Assembly (NCBI GenBank): GCA_003724285.1
Contig: RHFB01000044.1
Location: 1 to 47,710, forward strand
Direction of reading: 5' to 3'
Length of the DNA: 47,710 nt
Origin: Nitrosopumilus sp. H13
Lineage (GTDB): Archaea > Thermoproteota > Nitrososphaeria > Nitrososphaerales > Nitrosopumilaceae
How positions within the stretch are numbered: position 1 is the stretch's first letter; each line of letters opens with the position of its first letter. Of this stretch, positions 44,624 to 47,710 are shown piece after piece. The notes under the pieces are model-generated. The model was not told the origin of the DNA. It made no database searches and was given only the letters and a program-made list of their open reading frames with translations. A program made the translations under genes and the position numbers.

Positions 44624-45466
44624 ATGAGTGCAGACGAGCCTGCAGGCGATCTTGAAGAAAAGATAAGGATCATGGCAACAGACGACGAAAAGATAAAGTC
44701 GTTTGGCGAGGTGCTCACAAACGACTCGAGCCGCGAGATACTGCAGCTGCTCTTCAATGACAGGCTGTCTGCGGCGCAGATTGCCCAAAAGACAGGCATC
44801 TCTTTGCAACTTGCAAGGTACCATCTGAACAAGCTTCAGGATCTCGGCGTGGTAAAGATATCCAGAATAGAAAAAAACTCCAAGTCCCAGGACATGAAGA
44901 TATACTCTGCTACAAAGTTCAGCATTGTAATAGTGCCGCCCAAGCTCTCAGAAAAGACCAAAAAAAGCAAGATGCTAGTCATGTCATTTAGACACATCTA
45001 CAAGGTGGCCGGATTCGGAATAGCGGCGGGATTCTCAGGACTGCTCTCGCTTTCTGCGCTGTCAGAGCGCCAGTCTGCACAGCCTGCAATCGAACCAATT
45101 CCCGGCCCCCTTGATGACTCTGCAGATCAGATGGTCCTAAAAGACGAGTATCAGCTCTCCGGGTCGCTGCAAGCCGAACCTGCCACATCCGATGATGGAC
45201 CAATCCAGTCGTCTATAGACCACGCAGTCGAACTTCAATCACGTCGTATAGAATCAGAACCTGCAGCAGACACGTATCTCTCAGATGGGACAGGCGGTAC
45301 AATGCCCCAAGTCTCTTTGGATGATCGGGCGTACGATTTTATAGCAAACTCCGAGCCGGCGCTGTCTGCGGATCTCTTCTTGCCGCTTGCGGCACTGACG
45401 GGAGTTCTTGCCGTACTGGCAGGATACTATCTGTGGCGGCTGTTCAAGACAAGGGTTCCGGCATGA
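44624..45466 (+). CDS. ArsR-family HTH regulator with two TM segments
   Basis: SSREILQLL...SAAQIAQKTGISLQLARYHLNKLQDLGVV, then a TM, an acidic linker and a C-terminal TM. Confidence 0.82.
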   Translation: MSADEPAGDLEEKIRIMATDDEKIKSFGEVLTNDSSREILQLLFNDRLSAAQIAQKTGISLQLARYHLNKLQDLGVVKISRIEKNSKSQDMKIYSATKFSIVIVPPKLSEKTKKSKMLVMSFRHIYKVAGFGIAAGFSGLLSLSALSERQSAQPAIEPIPGPLDDSADQMVLKDEYQLSGSLQAEPATSDDGPIQSSIDHAVELQSRRIESEPAADTYLSDGTGGTMPQVSLDDRAYDFIANSEPALSADLFLPLAALTGVLAVLAGYYLWRLFKTRVPA

Positions 45467-45755
45467 CCCTTATTGCCACGCGCCTCTCCCTGGCGCGCCC
45501 CTCCCCGGGATACTTTAGCTCTGAGACTATTCTTGAGACTCGGGAATCTGCTACAGACGCCCTTCCGCGTATGGTGCGCCCGTCATACCTTACCTCCACT
45601 GAGGGGTCTGCCAGGGCATTTTTGAACCAGTCCCCGTCTGGCCTGTGCCTTGAAAAATACATGCTGCCCTCGTACACCACCACGCGGAGCCGTACTGCGT
45701 GCGGCCTGCCTGTCCTTCTGCCCCTTGTGACTAGCACCGCGTAAGACGGCTCCAT
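45444..45755 (-). CDS. Deazaflavin-dependent nitroreductase/split-barrel family protein
   Basis: LVTRGRRTGRPH and DWFKNALADPSVEV match the DUF385/Ddn-like pattern. Confidence 0.75.
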   Translation of the reverse strand: MEPSYAVLVTRGRRTGRPHAVRLRVVVYEGSMYFSRHRPDGDWFKNALADPSVEVRYDGRTIRGRASVADSRVSRIVSELKYPGEGRARERRVAIRVMPEPLS

Positions 45756-45842
45756 GCCGGCAGCTGCCTGTCAAGTAATTTAACCCCATTGCTAGAATTT
45801 CCTGATATCCGGTATGATAAGCAAACCCCGGGATTACGCACC

Positions 45843-46298
45843 ATGTCTACAAAACTTGAAGGAATGCCCTCGCACACGGCGACAGCCGACACCTTTACTG
45901 GAAAAAAGGTCATAGACAGGGAAGGCATCGAGTACGGCAAGGTAAAGCACATCCACATCAACCAGGACACGCTTGCAGTCTGCGGCGTAACCATACGTCA
46001 GGGATTTCGCAAGGACTATTACCTCTCTGATGACTTTATCGACAAGTTCTCAGAGGAAAAGCTGCTGCTTGGCAGGGCTCCGATAAGGACCGGAATTCCG
46101 GTAGTCGATATTGACGGCCACAAGATAGGCAAGGTAAAGCGCCTGCACAGGAATCCGGACACCAACGAGCTCGAGTCAGTCGAGGTCAGATACGGTCTGG
46201 CCCACTCAAAGATACTCTCAAAGACTGAGATCTGGGGCATTGGAGAAAAGGTCATACTGCGGATGACCAAAGACGAGTTCAAGAAATCAGAGTCCTAG
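45843..46298 (+). CDS. Tandem PRC-barrel domain protein
   Basis: GKKVIDREGIEYGKV and GIPVVDIDGHKIGKV. Probable start ATG 45843. Confidence 0.85.
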   Translation: MSTKLEGMPSHTATADTFTGKKVIDREGIEYGKVKHIHINQDTLAVCGVTIRQGFRKDYYLSDDFIDKFSEEKLLLGRAPIRTGIPVVDIDGHKIGKVKRLHRNPDTNELESVEVRYGLAHSKILSKTEIWGIGEKVILRMTKDEFKKSES

Positions 46299-46599
46299 TC
46301 TGTCTTTTTCACGCATGCAGGACACACGGGAACCCCCTCTAGCACTGTTATCTCTACATTTGATGCGTGGCATACCTGACAGAGTCCCCTCATAAGGCAG
46401 GCGCGTGATGCGCTCCTTAAATTCATTGCCCGTCCGGCAGCGATCCGTTTTTGATCGCAGCTGATCTGAATCGGTGCAGACCTGAATACTCAAAAAGTCC
46501 AATGTCATACTGGCAAATGTCCATACCATGCAAGGCTTGGATCCGGGCCCCTCGGATGATCGGGATTAACAATTTATAATCACGCAAGGCGATCAGCGC

Positions 46600-47583
46600 G
46601 TGCACTCGATAGAGACAAGATCCCTCACAAAGTCGTTTGGTAATATGACTGCAGTAGACGACGTCTCGATGACCGTACAAGAAGGGGAGATATTCGGATT
46701 CCTCGGACCCAACGGCGCAGGCAAGAGCACCACCATGATGATACTCACCACGCTGCTCAGGCCCACGTCCGGCCAGGCGCTCATAGCGGGACATGACGTG
46801 TCTACTGACCCAAGGCGGGTGCGTGAAAACATCGGGTATGTCCAGCAGGAGACCACTGCTGATGAGTACCTTACGGGCAGGGAGAACCTGCTGCTTCAGG
46901 CAAGGCTCAGCCACATGGAAAAAAAGGACATCGACTCGAGAATAGACGCGGTGCTTGCCCTAGTCGAGCTTGAGGACAGGCAGAACGATCCCGTGGTGGT
47001 CTATTCGGGCGGCATGAGAAAGCGCCTGGACATTGCAGGCGGCCTGCTGCACCGCCCAAGAGTACTGTTCCTTGACGAGCCGACTGTCGGCCTTGACATC
47101 CAGACCCGCACAAAGCTCTGGGAGTACATTAGGCGCATCCACACAGAGTCGGAGATGACCGTATTTCTGAGCACCCACTATATGGAGGAGGCAGACAGGC
47201 TCTGCGACCGCATCGGAATCATCGACTCTGGGCGCATACAGGTAGTCGACTCGCCTGAGAACATGAAAAAGGGGATGGGTGGCGAGATAATATCCATTAC
47301 AGTCGATGCGCGCAACGACATGTTCCTCTCTGCCCTCTCTGCCATGAATCAGGCCGAGGTGACAGGCGACGGACAAAAGATAAAGATACTCACTTCAGAC
47401 GGGACCCGCCTCATGCCGGATATATTTGAGGCGGCGCTAAAGTGCAAGGCAAAAATCGAGTCCGTCTCGCTTGAGCGGCCCACTCTAGATGACGTGTTCA
47501 TCTCATACACGGGACGCCAGATACGCGATGAGAGGTTCAACCGCCAGCGCGAGCACGCAAAGATGCGGAGGCTGCGCGCGTGA
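46600..47583 (+). CDS. ABC-2 exporter ATP-binding subunit (DrrA-like)
   Basis: [28 protein letters not shown] and C-terminal PTLDDVFI. Confidence 0.93.
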   Translation: MHSIETRSLTKSFGNMTAVDDVSMTVQEGEIFGFLGPNGAGKSTTMMILTTLLRPTSGQALIAGHDVSTDPRRVRENIGYVQQETTADEYLTGRENLLLQARLSHMEKKDIDSRIDAVLALVELEDRQNDPVVVYSGGMRKRLDIAGGLLHRPRVLFLDEPTVGLDIQTRTKLWEYIRRIHTESEMTVFLSTHYMEEADRLCDRIGIIDSGRIQVVDSPENMKKGMGGEIISITVDARNDMFLSALSAMNQAEVTGDGQKIKILTSDGTRLMPDIFEAALKCKAKIESVSLERPTLDDVFISYTGRQIRDERFNRQREHAKMRRLRA

Positions 47584-47710
47584 TATACGACACGCGCACA
47601 ATACTGTGGCGCGAGCTAAAGCGGTATCAAAAGTCAAGGAGCGGCGTGCTCATACGCCTCATACAGCCGGTGGTGTGGATAATAGTGGTGGGAAACACGT
47701 TTTCTGGAAC
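47580..47710 (+). CDS. ABC-2 type permease (partial, N-terminus)
   Basis: GTG overlaps the ATPase stop: [43 protein letters not shown]... Confidence 0.85.
   Translation, partial: MIYDTRTILWRELKRYQKSRSGVLIRLIQPVVWIIVVGNTFSG

Noticed and set aside
46299-46570. ORFs 46287-46529 and 46423-46914 and a GCGATC/GATCGC hairpin in the spacer
   Set aside because: The ORFs lack motifs and overlap real genes; a single 6-bp stem is expected by chance.
183-47540. Many long antisense or alternate-frame ORFs in the track (e.g. 1325-2149, 4774-5571, 21396-22172, 30764-31486)
   Set aside because: They shadow well-supported genes, are Ser-rich or compositionally odd, and carry no motifs.

Overview
Gene-dense archaeal chromosomal segment, roughly 50-55% GC by eye. 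TATA boxes sit about 25 nt upstream of mostly leaderless genes. Gene content and order look like a Nitrosopumilaceae (Thaumarchaeota/Nitrososphaerota) genome: S-layer C-terminus, purA, pyrF, uppS, aIF2beta-DUF424-rio1-KH-top6B-top6A, mtnP-apt, pfdB-xpf-nob1-nadK, rpl10e, endA, and tRNA-Gly(GCC) and tRNA-Glu(CTC). No CRISPR, rRNA, integrase or transposase was seen. The most interesting signals are absent from the ORF track. (1) A stand-alone 47-aa, 9-Cys (4x CxC) metallothionein-like gene at 38508-38651. (2) An AT-rich islet (about 12500-13170) with two tandem paralogous micropeptide genes ending in poly-Asp tails, each with its own TATA box, divergent from a short or truncated membrane-protein ORF. 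(3) An over-represented palindrome (GA)TCCCGGGA(TC), clustered at 20381-20601 and bracketing an inverted, insertion-expanded paralog of a surface-protein gene. (4) A 35-aa C2H2-type microprotein whose promoter is flanked by two inverted repeats. Smaller observations include an orphan Panacea/YwgA-like antitoxin and an apparently inactive stand-alone PLD-like domain. All family assignments come from motif recognition without database searches, and several starts were moved from the ORF track using TATA spacing.
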